Shown piece by piece: positions 1 to 13,424 of a stretch of DNA of 64,000 bases. This stretch comes from Octopus vulgaris. Taxonomy: Eukaryota. The stretch's first letter is position 1; the number at the start of each line of letters is the position of its first letter. Below the pieces are notes generated by a model that was given only the letters and a program-made list of their open reading frames with translations, did no database searches and was not told the origin of the DNA. A program made the translations under genes and the position numbers. Location of the stretch: assembly GCA_951406725.2 (NCBI GenBank), contig OX597816.1:41230001-41294000 (forward strand). Direction: 5' to 3'.

Positions 1-251
1 TAGTTGGACATATGAAAAGAGTATACATGTTATAACTTGTAACCATCTTACTATTGTGACGAGGATATGATTTCCTGAATATTTCGGTCTCTTTCGGAGC
101 AATTAAGAGCGTTTGCTGAGCAATTTCCTCACATATCTTAAGCGTAAATAAAAGGGCCACAACACATAAGAGATAGGGAATATATATGACAATGTATAAA
201 TACATACCTATATATGCATAAATGATATATATGCATACATATATACATACA

Positions 252-361
<110 letters not shown>

Positions 362-511
362 TATATATAATGCCGTAGAAGTGAGGAAATCACTCGATCA
401 GCCCAGGAAATTACAAGAGAGTAATAATCATATCAATGTTAGATATATGTATATAACTACTCCCACACACGTACACACATATGTGTGTAAATATATATAT
501 ATATGTATGTA

Positions 512-544
<33 letters not shown>

Positions 545-669
545 GCGCGTGTAGGAATGTCCGTACGTACATATATACATGCATACGTACACAAACACAC
601 CCATACTTCAGTGCATATATACATATCGTTGTGCATCAATGAAGGGGCGTACTATTGTTGTGCAATACA

Positions 670-742
<73 letters not shown>

Positions 743-2264
743 GTATTTATGTATCGAATTCTTTATAGTATTTAAGAGGATTACGGCAATATAACTAGTT
801 ATTGATGATTTCAGTGACGTTCGTCCCAAACTCAATGCCAGCATACAAAAGTTCAGTACACTTCTGAATACAGTATCATCCCAAAACCTGACATGACATA
901 CATTTGCAACTTCGCAAAAACTAAATCTAATGATATTAGATATATCTATAGATATAACTGCATTTATACATTACATGTTTTCTTTGATTAATTAACGGAA
1001 TAACAGTATATAGATATTATATCACAGCAGAAATTACTCATTTCTATACTTAAATAAATTGAACGAGCAGATTGTTGGACGAACTTCGAACCAAAACTAT
1101 TGCATGATAAAAGAATTATATTAATGGTTGATGATTGTGATTTTGTTATAAAATATGTGAACTGTGCAAAAATAAATGTAATTGACATTATTCTTCGAAT
1201 ACTTCAGCGAGCATCTTTTGTAACATTAGACGTGACTCAGTATGCTACTGTTGTTTCAATATAAGACCACCCGTATCCAAATCTCAGCGGTTATTGAAGC
1301 AAATATTGTATTCAAATTATAAGTTCCTTATGAGGTACTATTGTAAAGAATATAAACAATTGAAATATATTCTTAATAAGATGTTTCATGTGAATATTAT
1401 AACGTTTTCAATGGTTCCATTTGAATTTGCATTGAATTGATAAAGTTGGTAACTAACGTTTTCATAATTCCACTCAACGAGTGTTCAACGATAATATGAA
1501 GATATTCGTGAAGTAAACAAGGGCTCAACAATGTCAGAATGGATTTGTAAAGCAGGAAGAAATGCCATTTACTTATAGTGGTTTTACAAATACAAAACAG
1601 ATAAGCAGATGCTAAAATCTCTCTAATAAAAACTAAAACAGGAAAAAATATTTGGGCAGTTAAAGAAGCAGACTTTCTTGAAGATGTATAATCTTTAAAA
1701 TAGAGTAATCGACTAGCGTAATAGAATAAAGACGATGACATGCCGTATGACATAACCCTTCAATTTACAACATTTTGTACGTTAGAGAAGCACGCCTACC
1801 ATTGTGTGACATCTGAAGACAATAGCTGAAAAAGTAATTTTCGAGAAATAATGTTGAATAAATAGTTTTCTACTGAGATTGAAGCACATGTTTGGATGAT
1901 AACGTTTCATTCTAAAGAAAATTCTGGCGAGAGATGAAAAGATTCAACCTAGATTAGGTGTATCTTGATGAGACCCTGAAGAAATATTATCTCCTCATGA
2001 CAAAAGCGTAGAACATCAGAAGTTGACAAAAAATAAATGTGGAATGTGAAATCACCGGAAAGGACATGTAGGCTGCAAGTACAAGAACTGCCCTAGCGTT
2101 TGAAAGCCATTTTTCAATGGCAATATAAATGTGACAAATTGGTTGTAAGAGGCAGAATGAAATCTGATACTAAAACGCACACGAAATGCAAACGTATAGA
2201 AAAGAAAGTGTAACAGTTTACATTTAAGACAGCAATAGGAAACCACTGCATTGAGTAGTAAGTT

Positions 2265-2400
2265 TCTTCAGCTCTTTAAATTGTGAGATCAAATGCCGCT
2301 GTAGTCAACTTTACCTTTCATCCGTTTGAGATCTTAAAATAAAGTACCAGTCAATTACCACACTTTAAAATGTTTATCTTTTTGCTAAAAGTAGAAAGCA
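2265..2400 (+). mobile_element. Degenerate SINE fragment, family B (Meta/MESC-like core)
   Basis: gtcaactttacctttcatccgtttgag...aaagtaccagt matches the core of 26745-27140 in opposite orientation. Confidence 0.6.
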
Positions 2401-3385
2401 TTCTATTGAAGGTATTCCTTTATTGAACTATCTCTCGTCTGCTAAAATAGAATTTGATGGCCCCGGTGCGATTGAAATGTTGCCTACAGGACAAAATAAA
2501 TGTCGATAGATTTATTAAATGCTACTAACTAGAATTATCAAAAATGACCAGCAAAGTAAATTTAGTAGCTGAGTGATCAAAACAATTAATAAATTCAAAT
2601 ACTTAGATGCTTACAAACCACAGTATATGAACGAATTATATAGCAAAATATATTTTTACATGTTATTTGCTACAGTGTTTGTTTTGTATCTTTTACAACT
2701 TTCTAGAAAGACTTGATTTTCATATTTTAAAAGTCTTACCTTTTGTCTTATAAAGTCTTGCGTCCCTGCAACGAATTATAGACAATTTCATTCAGAAAAA
2801 TAGCTTAGAATATTTGTTCGCGTATTTGAATGGCATCATAATGCGAGCTATAATCAGCTCTAATAAAACTATAACGAAACTTAAGCACAGCGGTTGCAAT
2901 GATAAGACGCAATAATTCGCATAATAAAATGCAATAACTTTTCAATTACCATGTAAATATACCGATATGTTATTTTTTTCAATTTCGGTATTTCAAATTG
3001 CGCACTAGTCCCCTTTCCTTTAACTCCGTTTGTTTAGAATGCTAATAATAAATTTTTATTTCAAGTTTGTTTGTGTATTTTATCAGAGAATATCCCTCTG
3101 GCAGTAGGGTGAAACGATGTTCCGTGATATAAAAGCTGCAATTAGGAAACTTGTTTATCCTGAGTATACGACTAGTAACCAAGAGATTAATTTGAATAAA
3201 AACTGCAGGCATGAAAGAGTGAGAGGCACCATTCATCCCAAGGTAAACGTGGATGTTTTATCAGAACAAATTTTCCAGCAATAGTAACCATCAGAGAAAT
3301 TCCCATATCGGTTTTTGCTGCAAAATGCACTCTTATTTATATCGTATGTGCGGAGTTAAATTCCCGCTGCCTCCAGCGCCGAGAC

Positions 3386-3430
3386 CGCCAGCTCAGACGA
3401 TTTCGACCTTCCTTGGTCTTGTCAATGATG
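3386..3430 (-). ncRNA. Degenerate type-I hammerhead ribozyme (copy 1)
   Basis: Minus strand: catca UUGACAA gacc aaggaa gguc GAAA ucgucuga GC uggcg. Stem II is perfect; stem III and the cleavage site are mutated. Confidence 0.65.
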
Positions 3431-3787
3431 CACGCTCGACCGCTAGTGATAGCAGCGACTCATCTCCTCACCAGCGATATTGAAAACCTGTTTCAGGACA
3501 GGCGCTGGTTTCTTCTCGCTAGCGATATAAAGAGGAGTGCATTTTGCACTAAAAACCAATACGAGAGTTTCGCTCATGGTAACCACCGCAGTGAAGTTTG
3601 TTCTGACAGAACATCTACGCTTATGTGGGGTTAAATATTAACCCCTACTTTCCCGGTATTAATACTGCATCTGTCGTTAATATATATTTTTTAACAAACT
3701 CACTAGCTAATCGCGAAACCAACACCTATCCTGGCACTGATTTTCTATATCGCTGGCGAGGAGATGAATCACTAGCGTTCGAGCATC

Positions 3788-3832
3788 CATCAGTGACGAG
3801 GCCAAGGAAGGTCATAATCACGTGATCTGATG
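3788..3832 (+). ncRNA. Degenerate type-I hammerhead ribozyme (copy 2)
   Basis: catca GUGACGA ggcc aaggaa gguc AUAA ucacguga UC ugaug. Stems I, II and palindromic III pair; core C3 and GAAA are mutated. Confidence 0.7.
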
Positions 3833-4039
3833 TAATTGACGCTTGAGGTGGCGGGAATGTATCTCCCGCAAGGGATATAAAAAAAGAATGCATTTTGAAC
3901 CAGAAGTCAATATGAGAATTTCTCTCATGCTATCTAACGCAGAGCATTCACGTTTAAGTGGGGATAAATTTTAAATTTCGGCATAAATACTGCCTCTGTC
4001 GCTAATAAATATATTTTAAAAAAAACGTGAAAGACTTTT

Positions 4040-4410
4040 GCAGTCTGTTTTACCCAACTGCTAAGTTACGGGGACGTAAACACACTAGCACCGGTTGACA
4101 AACGTTGGTGGGAGACAAACACAGACAAACAGATATATATACTTAGATATCTACGACGGGCTATTATAGGTTTCCGGCTACCAAATCCACTCACAAGACT
4201 TTGGTCAGCCCGAGCCTATAGTAGAAGACACTTGGCCAAGGTGTCACGCAGTTAGACTCAATGTGGAACCATGTGGTCAGGAAGCAAACTTCTTACTACA
4301 TGTTAGGCCAGCGACTTGTAGAAGACACTTGCCCAAGATATCAGGCAATGAGATTGAATCCAGAACCATGTGGTTGGTAAGCATGCTTCTTAGAACACAC
4401 CCACGTCTCC
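4040..4410 (-). mobile_element. SINE family A, partial copy plus a duplicated head (4316-4410)
   Basis: gctaagttacggggacgtaaacacac, ccaaatccactcacaag and agaagacacttg(g/c)ccaag blocks shared with the other copies. Confidence 0.85.
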
Positions 4411-4554
4411 GATGGAATTTGGACTGAAATAACGCGTGTGTGTACTAATATCCGGAATCTTAACACAGAAATACATACCTAACATTTACAGAGATCGTGA
4501 TATAGAATTACTGTATTTTTTTTTTTTTTATATAGAATGCCTATGTGTCTATTA

Positions 4555-4786
4555 TCTTCTACTTGTTTCAGTCATTTGACTGTTGCCAAGCTGGAACACC
4601 ACCTCGGAGTGATTAGTGGAAGAAATCGACCCCAAGAATTATTCTTTTAAGCCTAGTACTTATTCTATCGGTTTCTTTTACCGAACCGCTAAGTTACGGA
4701 GACAGAAACACACCAAAACCTGTTGTCAAGCGGTGTGGTAACGTGATAAACAGGCACAGAAATACACACACATATTTATCTATCTG

Positions 4787-4873
<87 letters not shown>

Positions 4874-5034
4874 ATACACACACACACGACGGGCTTCTTT
4901 CAGCAGTTTTCGTCTACAAAATCCACTCACAAGGCTTCGGTTGGCTCGAGGCTATAGTAAAAACCACCTGCTCACGATGCCACTGAGAGGGACCGAACCA
5001 GGAATCATCTGGTTTGGAAGCAACCTTCTTACCA
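4555..5034 (-). mobile_element. SINE family A (tRNA-derived, CORE-like; octopus OR-type by recall)
   Basis: acttgtttcagtcatttgactg tail, internal (CT)n(TA)n, diverged head. Confidence 0.9.
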
Positions 5035-8000
5035 GGTTTCCGGTCATTTTTGTCCATCCAATATGAAACTCGGAAGACGATATCTATCCTGGTAGTCTTT
5101 AAAATGATGATTGATATCAAGTAAACGTAATAGTGTTAGTTATTCATCTGGGCCTCTTTTATTTCTGTCAATTAAACGTTTTCGTAAATCAATGACAATA
5201 ATACGTTAATGATGCTGAAGTTTCAAACTGCCAGTATTAGTAAATTCACAGAAAGTTAGAACGCTTCATATTTTCGATCTCAATTAAAGACATTTGTCTA
5301 TTATAACCTAGTGTACCACTAACTATGCACTATAACAATCTGGAAATGTGAAGTCTACAAGTAAATATTTTAAAGAACAGAAAGTTCGATGTTTTCAGAG
5401 TTGACAGATGAGATTATAATTTTAAGGAAGAGTATTGTGGTGTTGTGACATTATCACATCTCAAGTAAGTTTACTTCACTATTTCCAAAGCAAATAATGA
5501 GGTATATTGATTAGTTTTTATCATGTTATGAATGAGGTCTGTAGTAGATGGCACCTCTACAGATATACTGTAATTTTCTTGTATTGAAACATATCAATGG
5601 TGCAAATGAATTTAACATGTCTGCCGAGAATATATTTTGATTATATACATTGTCATAATAAGCGCGCTAACAGTAATATATTGAATTGCACTCTCCTATC
5701 AATTGTGGAAATGTGACGGTGGTGTATTTTCTTAAAGGCAGATGAAACATTTCTCGAGTTACAGTAGAAGAGATTATAGTAACTTTGCATAATTGAACTA
5801 TGAAACCGAATATTTATGCAAGTTCTGTGTTGTAGGAGACCACCGAACTGGAAGTGCTTTATATTTTCAGTTATTAATTGAAAATAACTCATCTCGCGAC
5901 ATTCATTGTGAGTAAATCTATGCTACAATATTTAATGTTTGAAGCTTAGCTATAAAGCCGCCTGTATGATTTGTAACATAACAATATAAGAAGAATTTTT
6001 ATTTTAGCACAAGGCCGGCGATTTCGACCACAATATACATATAATCTGAAGATTAGTTTTTCGACTCCGTAAGGAAAAAATTGACCCCAGTGTATAAATC
6101 AGAAGGTAAAATCCTGGAACAAATACCGAAAACCATATATCCGTTGCACAGAAGCGACCGGATAATTTCGATATGACAGTGTCACCGAACGTTAAGTGCA
6201 GTTGGCGACTATTTAGCAAGGGATTAAATTCAGACGTGAGGAAATGGTCAATAAGGCTTCAGAATGATTGAAGCTGTTTAGGATGTAAAACGGTGATGCT
6301 TGGAGAGGATTGTTCCAGTTGATATAAACGTTTGTGATGGAAAAGGACTACGATTTCTGCAGTGGTTGCATCACTTTGTTACAGCTGTGAATCACGCAAA
6401 AATCATTTGTCAATATTAAAGTTACCGTACAGAATGAATTTAGAGAGGCGTGAGTATAGACAAATATATCAAATGCAAGACAAAGTGTGCTTAAATCGTG
6501 CTGATGACTGGGTGAGCTGGGAATTTCGTAGAAGCAGTTGTATTTGAAGCGTTGTTGAGTGAGATTTGAGTCTATACAATGGGAAACATTTATCAACGAC
6601 CAGCACGTAAAACACTTGAACTACAGTTACGTGTCAAATACATATGAGTAGACACCGTATTTCAAATCAAATTTTGAGTAATTGTAAGAGGCAGAAAGTA
6701 AGAGAATGTGTAGCGCAGAATGTGGTTTGCGGCTACCTTTTATTAAGACAAAAGCTATGGGGTCTGGACTGAATCAAAATTTATGCATCCTAATGCGAAG
6801 GAGAAATTTTCCTACCATTATACTTTTAGATTTGCCCTCTAGGAAGCTTCAGCATATATTAATGGGACATTAATTACAATAATATATTAAAAATACATCT
6901 CGGTTCGGATTTCAGCTTTGATATTTCAGTTGCTCAATAATATAAAATACCTGCCTAGTCAATAAGGTGGAGTCATAGAGGCAGTGTACGATAAACTGAA
7001 GCTTCCAATCACAGATTTAATGCATCCAATAGGTTTCTATAAAGATTCTATCAACTAAATTTCGCTTGAAAGTCTTGATTGCCCTTAAATTACAAATGCA
7101 TAATATGCCATGCTGCAAGATCGATCTTGAGATTTCGTGAGCAAGAAGTGAACATCATTACTATTTTGTCATAGTGCGTGTACCTGTTTTTGTTATTCGA
7201 ATTCAGCCTGATGAAGAATTCTTCCTTCACGATTAACAAGAATTAATTCTGACCTCTACTTTTCATTAATTTTGTAACCGTGTATGGCGAGGAAGTGAAA
7301 TTAGTTCTTATCTAACTTAACGTTATGAATGTTATAATTAATTAATATAAACAATTTATTATAGTTATGATAAATTATATTTATACGTTCTAAGGAATTA
7401 TACAGGGGCTGCTAAAAGGACGATAAGTGAGAGAGAAGAACCTCGTTCATTTAATCTAATAAATGAAGGAGATCTCGGATAAAGTAATTTCGGATAAAGT
7501 GCATATTACGTAAAACGTTTACTGTTTATATAGGTTCTGAAAGTACGTGTGTAGATTTCCTGTGAATATAAAATCAGCTGGATATATGTTTATTTATTTC
7601 ATGTTTAATATACGAAGATGGGGACGTATATTTACAGAAGAATAGTATAAATAGGCATTCATTATTTTTTTCAATGAATTAGAGGATTACATGGAGCTGA
7701 ATTACTTCATCAACGCAAGTGCCACGTAGTGGATTACCATTTAATCTACTAAGTGTTCTAATAGCGTGAATATATAAACTTCGAAGTATTTGACATACCG
7801 GCTAATTACGTTTCATTGATATAAATCGGTTAATGTTATATACTTTCGCAAGCATACATTTGTGTACCGATCTCTCTATATACATACTTGCACAAAATGC
7901 AAGATTAAATACTGTGGTAGCTTGAAACTCATTAGATCTATAGCTCTTTAATTTATTCCTGAAAGATTTGAGAGACCTACATGGGCAGATGTATAAGCCT

Positions 8001-8142
8001 ACAAAGCAGAATTGGATAACTTACTATCAAGCGTCCTACATAAAATAAATGATACAATAAAAAGAATGAATACCGAAAAAGCAGCAAGACCAAGGCAGTT
8101 TCCCAGCATAGTCGTATGTTTCGGGCTGAAATATGGAAACAA

Positions 8143-8177
<35 letters not shown>

Positions 8178-8183
<6 letters not shown>

Positions 8184-8385
8184 ATACAGACATGGACAAA
8201 GAGAAAACACAACAACGCGAAGACGTCGAACAAGTAGAGTGAGTGTTATTGGTGGCTCTGGAGAGGAAAGAAAGAAGGAGGATTTTAACGTTTCGGGCGA
8301 TGCTCTTCGTCAGAAACATAGAAAAAGGAAAGGTCCAAGGAAGGGAAGACGGAGAAAGAAAATCACCAACGATACACACGCGGTC
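8178..8385 (-). mobile_element. Penelope-like terminal-repeat remnant abutting (TA)n
   Basis: Contains a minimal hammerhead; related diverged copy at ~57345-57545 (+). Confidence 0.6.
8283..8316 (-). ncRNA. Minimal type-I hammerhead ribozyme (PLE type)
   Basis: Minus: uuu CUGACGA a gagc auc gccc GAAA cgu UA aaa. Intact core, AACGUU palindromic stem III, one mismatch in stem II. Confidence 0.75.
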
Positions 8386-8456
8386 ACACATATATATATA
8401 TATAAATGTGTGTCTATGTGTATTTATGCGCTGACACAAGCACGCACGCACGCACT

Positions 8457-8487
<31 letters not shown>

Positions 8488-9181
8488 GCACACAAACATA
8501 TACAATATGCACGATTGCTTTGTGCAGCAACACCCGTCAGCTTTCGTGTTAAATTACGAAAATATGCGTGTGGTATGATCCATGTTATCACTCAGTCAAT
8601 TATAATTTCCGATCAACAAATTTTAGTTTAATATTAACGTATTACAATTAACATATTATAATACAAACATTAATGCATTTATACCTCTCTACAAAATTAA
8701 TATGTTGTGAGAATACATTTAAAGGCTTTTACCCTTTCTACGATGGATTTTCGATTGCTTTTACGTTGTTGTTACAAAAACGAAACTCTACTCGCATATA
8801 GTTTGGCAGGCCCCAGTAAGTTTCAATGTTTAAGCAGTGGTGAAAATGCAGTTGATTAGCTTATTACTATGATATTTCAAAGAAAGATTTTTACAATCCA
8901 TTGAATTTCCCGTATTCTGTGAGATAGACTGTATCATTTGGGAGAACTAATTGGATGAATCCAACATTCATTAGAAACTTACCCCAGTACATCTCTGGAA
9001 ATATGATATGATATACATTAAGTCATAAGATCCTTCCCTAATATAGAAAGCGTATAGCAGTCTGTATCTATATATCTATTTTATTTATATTCATAAAGTG
9101 CTTTGCATATATACAGGTAAATACAAATATATGCAGACAAATACAAAAAGGAAAGAATTACAAAACGTGTCTATGTGTGTG

Positions 9182-9244
<63 letters not shown>

Positions 9245-9963
9245 ACATGTGTATGTATGTATAATGAAGTGTAACTACTTCTACTATGCAAGGGCTTATA
9301 TGATGTATATAACGACCATGAGTGAAAGTGCAATTAAATTACAAACCACGAGGATATAATGACTCTTATAACTTGATATTTAAAGATAAACTAAAATATC
9401 ATATTACATAGATTTTTGTTAGTAATTTTTTCATCGTTAAACTTGTTTGGCAAATTATTAGTAACGAAATGTGTTGTAATTATAGCGTACCAACCATTAG
9501 TGATTATCTACAGAGTGATTTCTATCAAATTGATGTAAGACGTTTTCTATTCAAATCATTAAAAAAGAAACCAGTGAGCAAAATTACAATAATTATTCAA
9601 TGTAGTATAATTTTTGCCATACGGTTACAACAGTTGTTATCATATCAATAAGAATTTTGATATAATACCAAATTGCTTTCGATTCTTTATTCTTTAAAGT
9701 ATATCAATTTTAATTATGTTATATTGACAATAGCATTGCTGTCATTTTAAAAATGAAGTAAGAAAAGCATTTAAAAATAAAAGTAAAATAATATATATTC
9801 AGATTTGAACAACATGATATTTTATGAAAGAGTCAGTTTTTGTAAGACTTTAATTTTAGTGTACAGTACATATACAGTCACAGTACATAATTACGTACAT
9901 GCATACATATAAAGACACACACATATATATACACACACAAAGACAGAGATATTCTCATGCACA

Positions 9964-10018
<55 letters not shown>

Positions 10019-10295
10019 GCACACAATTTTACACATATACGCATACGCACACCCATACACAGGTGTATAATACGATTATAAAAATGAAAACCAAGGTTGT
10101 AGGTTGAGATTTACTTCTTTTCATCAACGATTACCAAGACTACACCTTTAGCTGTGAACATATCATCATCTTGCTTCATTCCTTAGCTCAGTTCCTTCCA
10201 TCCTGTATGATATTTGCTGTCCATTTATCCAATTCAGCAATTGCTTAAACATATTGATTTCTATCATCCGCTCAAACATCTCCATATACCAGTTT

Positions 10296-10344
<49 letters not shown>

Positions 10345-10348
<4 letters not shown>

Positions 10349-10950
10349 GATATAAGTTTATGAAAGAATGGAGTTGAACGACTTGTTAACAAATTTCCTT
10401 TATTTTCGACATATGTTTCGAAGGCTGCATATTCCTAATTCCGAAGGAATAAGGAGTACGTTATGCAGATTTCTCATCAGGAAACTCAAGGAACTTATGT
10501 CGACATCAAAATGCACAATAAACTTTTAGCTGACTGCTCTGAAGGAGCCCATGGCGATAATAAGTGTCTGTTTATAAGGAGTGACGTCAGAGTGGCTGAA
10601 TGTAGAAGAATCTAAAGGTTCAAGGGTTCAAACGAAGTAGGAGGAGGGAGGCATAAGAATAGTAAGGTGAGAGGGTGCAGGTCAAAAGAATGGTGGGTTT
10701 ACTTGATTTCTTTTATGAATGAGTGCCTGTGTGTGTGACTGTATATAACTGTCATATGTGTGTATATGTGTGTGTGAATGCGTGATGGCGTTTGTGGATG
10801 GGTAGATGTCAGAAAACTGACAGCTGTGAGGTGAGAGGTCTGTGTCTGAGTGTTCAATTGTCTTTGCTGTAGAGAAAGGGAAGTAGAGAGAGAAAGGGAG
10901 GAAGATTCGGGCGAGGTGAGAGGCAACGCTGGAATGGGTAGTAGTTCTTG
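10345..10950 (-). mobile_element. Penelope-like element 3' remnant
   Basis: Ends at a (TA)n tract; carries a hammerhead followed by AATAAA, the usual PLE pLTR layout. Confidence 0.55.
10404..10484 (-). ncRNA. Type-I hammerhead ribozyme with extended stem II
   Basis: Minus: uuuc CUGAUGA gaa au cugcau...uauuccUUCGgaau...augcag cc uuc GAAA cauaug UC gaaa. Fully canonical core, ACAUAUGU palindromic stem III, GUC cleavage triplet. Confidence 0.8.
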
Positions 10951-10960
10951 GAATCATATA

Positions 10961-11251
10961 TATCACCGTGACCGACCAGGCTATCAGATGCTGTTACACA
11001 TCGCTGGTAACAGTGCGCTTCGCATTGTTTGAGCCTTCAAATGATGCGATCCCGCTGGCTAAGCGAGCAGGCCAACAGAAGAAAGAGTGAGAGAAAGTTG
11101 TGGCGAAAGAGTACAGCAGGGATCGCCACCACCACCCTGCCGGAGCCTCATGGAGCTTTAGGTGTTTTCGCTCAATAAACACTCACAACGCCCGGTCTGG
11201 GAATCGAAACCGCGAGTCCGCTGCCCTAACCACTGGGCCATTGCGCCTCCA
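10961..11251 (-). mobile_element. tRNA-derived SINE family C
   Basis: Head ggaggcgcaatggcccagtggttagggcagcg...ggtttcgattccc (A/B boxes); 5' ~185 bp shared with 40688-41070. Confidence 0.85.
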
Positions 11252-11574
11252 TATATATATATTTCATATATATATATTTCATATATATATATTTCAACTT
11301 CTCCCAAACTACTAATAGTAAATCTCTGAACCCGTACTCATAGTATTCCAGTCTTCGCAAATCTTTTGGCTAGACATCCTCTTTGAGTCTCAGCTTCATT
11401 AGATTGTTTACTTATTCCTACGTTACGGTTACTTACATATAACCTTCGACGATGCTCAAATTCGTTATTGAACATGACTCTACTAGCATGTGCAATGCGC
11501 ACCCTATATCTCTGCCACTTCTCCTTCCAGTGTGCTATAAGCTAGTTCTCTAGCGTATCTCCGCATCTTTTTAT

Positions 11575-11796
11575 CTTTCTTTTATCTTTTACTTGTTTCA
11601 GTCATTTGACTGCGGCCATGCTGGAGCACCGCCTTTAGTCAAGCAAATCGACCCCGGAACATATTCTTTGTAAGCCTAGTACTTATTCTATCGGTCTCTT
11701 GTGCCGAACCGCTAAGTTACGGGTACGTAGGCACACCAGCATCGGTTGTCAAGTAATCCTAGGGGGACAAACACAGACACACAAACATATACACAC

Positions 11797-11889
<93 letters not shown>

Positions 11890-12047
11890 TACGACATGCT
11901 TCTTTCAGTTTCTGTCTACCAAATCCACTCACAAGGCATTATTCGACCCGAGGCTATAGCAGAAGACACGTGACCAAGATGCCACGCAGTGGGACTGAAC
12001 CCGGAATCATGTGGTTGGTAGGCAAGCTACTTACCACACAGCCACTC
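11575..12047 (-). mobile_element. SINE family A, near full length
   Basis: Full collinear match to 30801-31223 and 47953-48358; long internal (TA)n. Confidence 0.95.
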
Positions 12048-12180
12048 AAAAATTTATTTTCTTCTAATCGAACACTATTGTCGCCCACATATTTCCCAAT
12101 ATCTTCTTTATTTTACGTTATTTACTTCCGAATCAGCACGCATTCATTGTCGATACAACAAATCTGTATCTGTTCCATAT

Positions 12181-12319
12181 TTAAGAGATGAGAAAGTATG
12201 TACATTATTTACATTATTTACATTCGACGGATATTTGTCCTCATTTTGTCTGTTAACAAATATCCGCCGAATGTAAATAATGTAAATAATGTAAATAATG
12301 TATAATATATATCTCTTAA
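12181..12319. repeat. Short palindrome from a PLE terminus
   Basis: tacattatttacattatttacattcgacggatatttgt versus acaaatatccgccgaatgtaaataatgtaaataatgta; the left arm also matches 14660-14720. Confidence 0.85.
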
Positions 12320-12708
12320 TTTCTTTCGTTGATTGGCCTTATTTTATCTGCAGCGTCACAAAAAAAAAACCCTTCTTTCACTTGATTACTCTCTGGTTTT
12401 TCGTACAGAGGAGAAAGGGATAAGATGTTGACGGATCGCTTTACTGAATATCCCTCTCCAAGATACACCCGCAAGCATCAAGCAGGCCTTTTGTAAAATT
12501 AAGTAGCACCAATCCTCATGTTTCAAAATTTTATCGACTCAAGTAATAACCACCCACTTGAAAAATGGTATCAAAAATAATGCTGGTACCAAAGATAAGA
12601 TTATTCCCCTTTAAATACACACATAGATAAATTCTCACCCAAAATCTTCACATATCTTTGTTTGTCTGCTTGTCCTCCAATATCGCTTGACAACCATATA
12701 TATATATG

Positions 12709-12769
<61 letters not shown>

Positions 12770-13381
12770 GCATATATACGACGGGCTTCTTTCAGTTTCC
12801 GTTTACCACGAGGATCAACGTACATGTATAACTTATTGGACGATTGTTCATATATACTTGAAATTTTCAACTGAAATTGTCTGACATCATATCAATAATA
12901 ATAGCATAAATCACTTCCACTCCAACAATTAATTCACTACCCCTTTTAATTTCTATTCTGTATATTTTTCTATTTACTTTGACAAAAGTTAACCGTGCTA
13001 AACGTTACTTTTTCTCCAGGCTGTGATAACATTGACCTTGTAGTCAGTTGTTTGTTCACATATCTTCAAATGTCTACAATATGTTCTTTTCCAGTTCAAG
13101 GGATTCATACGCACGACAGACTGTGTAAGTGCTTTTCATTTATAATAATTCCATTCGGAGCTACGACACATTACAGAGAAATAAATCGATAAAAGGATTT
13201 CACAAGTACTGATCCTAGCAATAAATACTTAAATTCACAGTAAAATGTGCCAAAATGAAATACTATAAAACATTTTAACTGACGCTCCATGAATCATGCC
13301 CAGAATTTGTGTGTTTATGTATGAGTGTGAGAAGGTGATTGTGTGTGTCTGCACGTGTCTGTTGGGGGACAAACAGACACA

Positions 13382-13424
<43 letters not shown>

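Larger units (their letters stand above)
3280..4025. repeat. Composite inverted/tandem repeat carrying two hammerhead-like motifs (PLE pLTR- or retrozyme-like)
   Basis: 3280-3522 is a diverged reverse complement of ~3705-3940; 3523-3700 is a diverged direct copy of ~3873-4025. Confidence 0.8.

Noticed and set aside
850-2250. Possible decayed transposase region
   Set aside because: No recognisable motif or terminal repeats.
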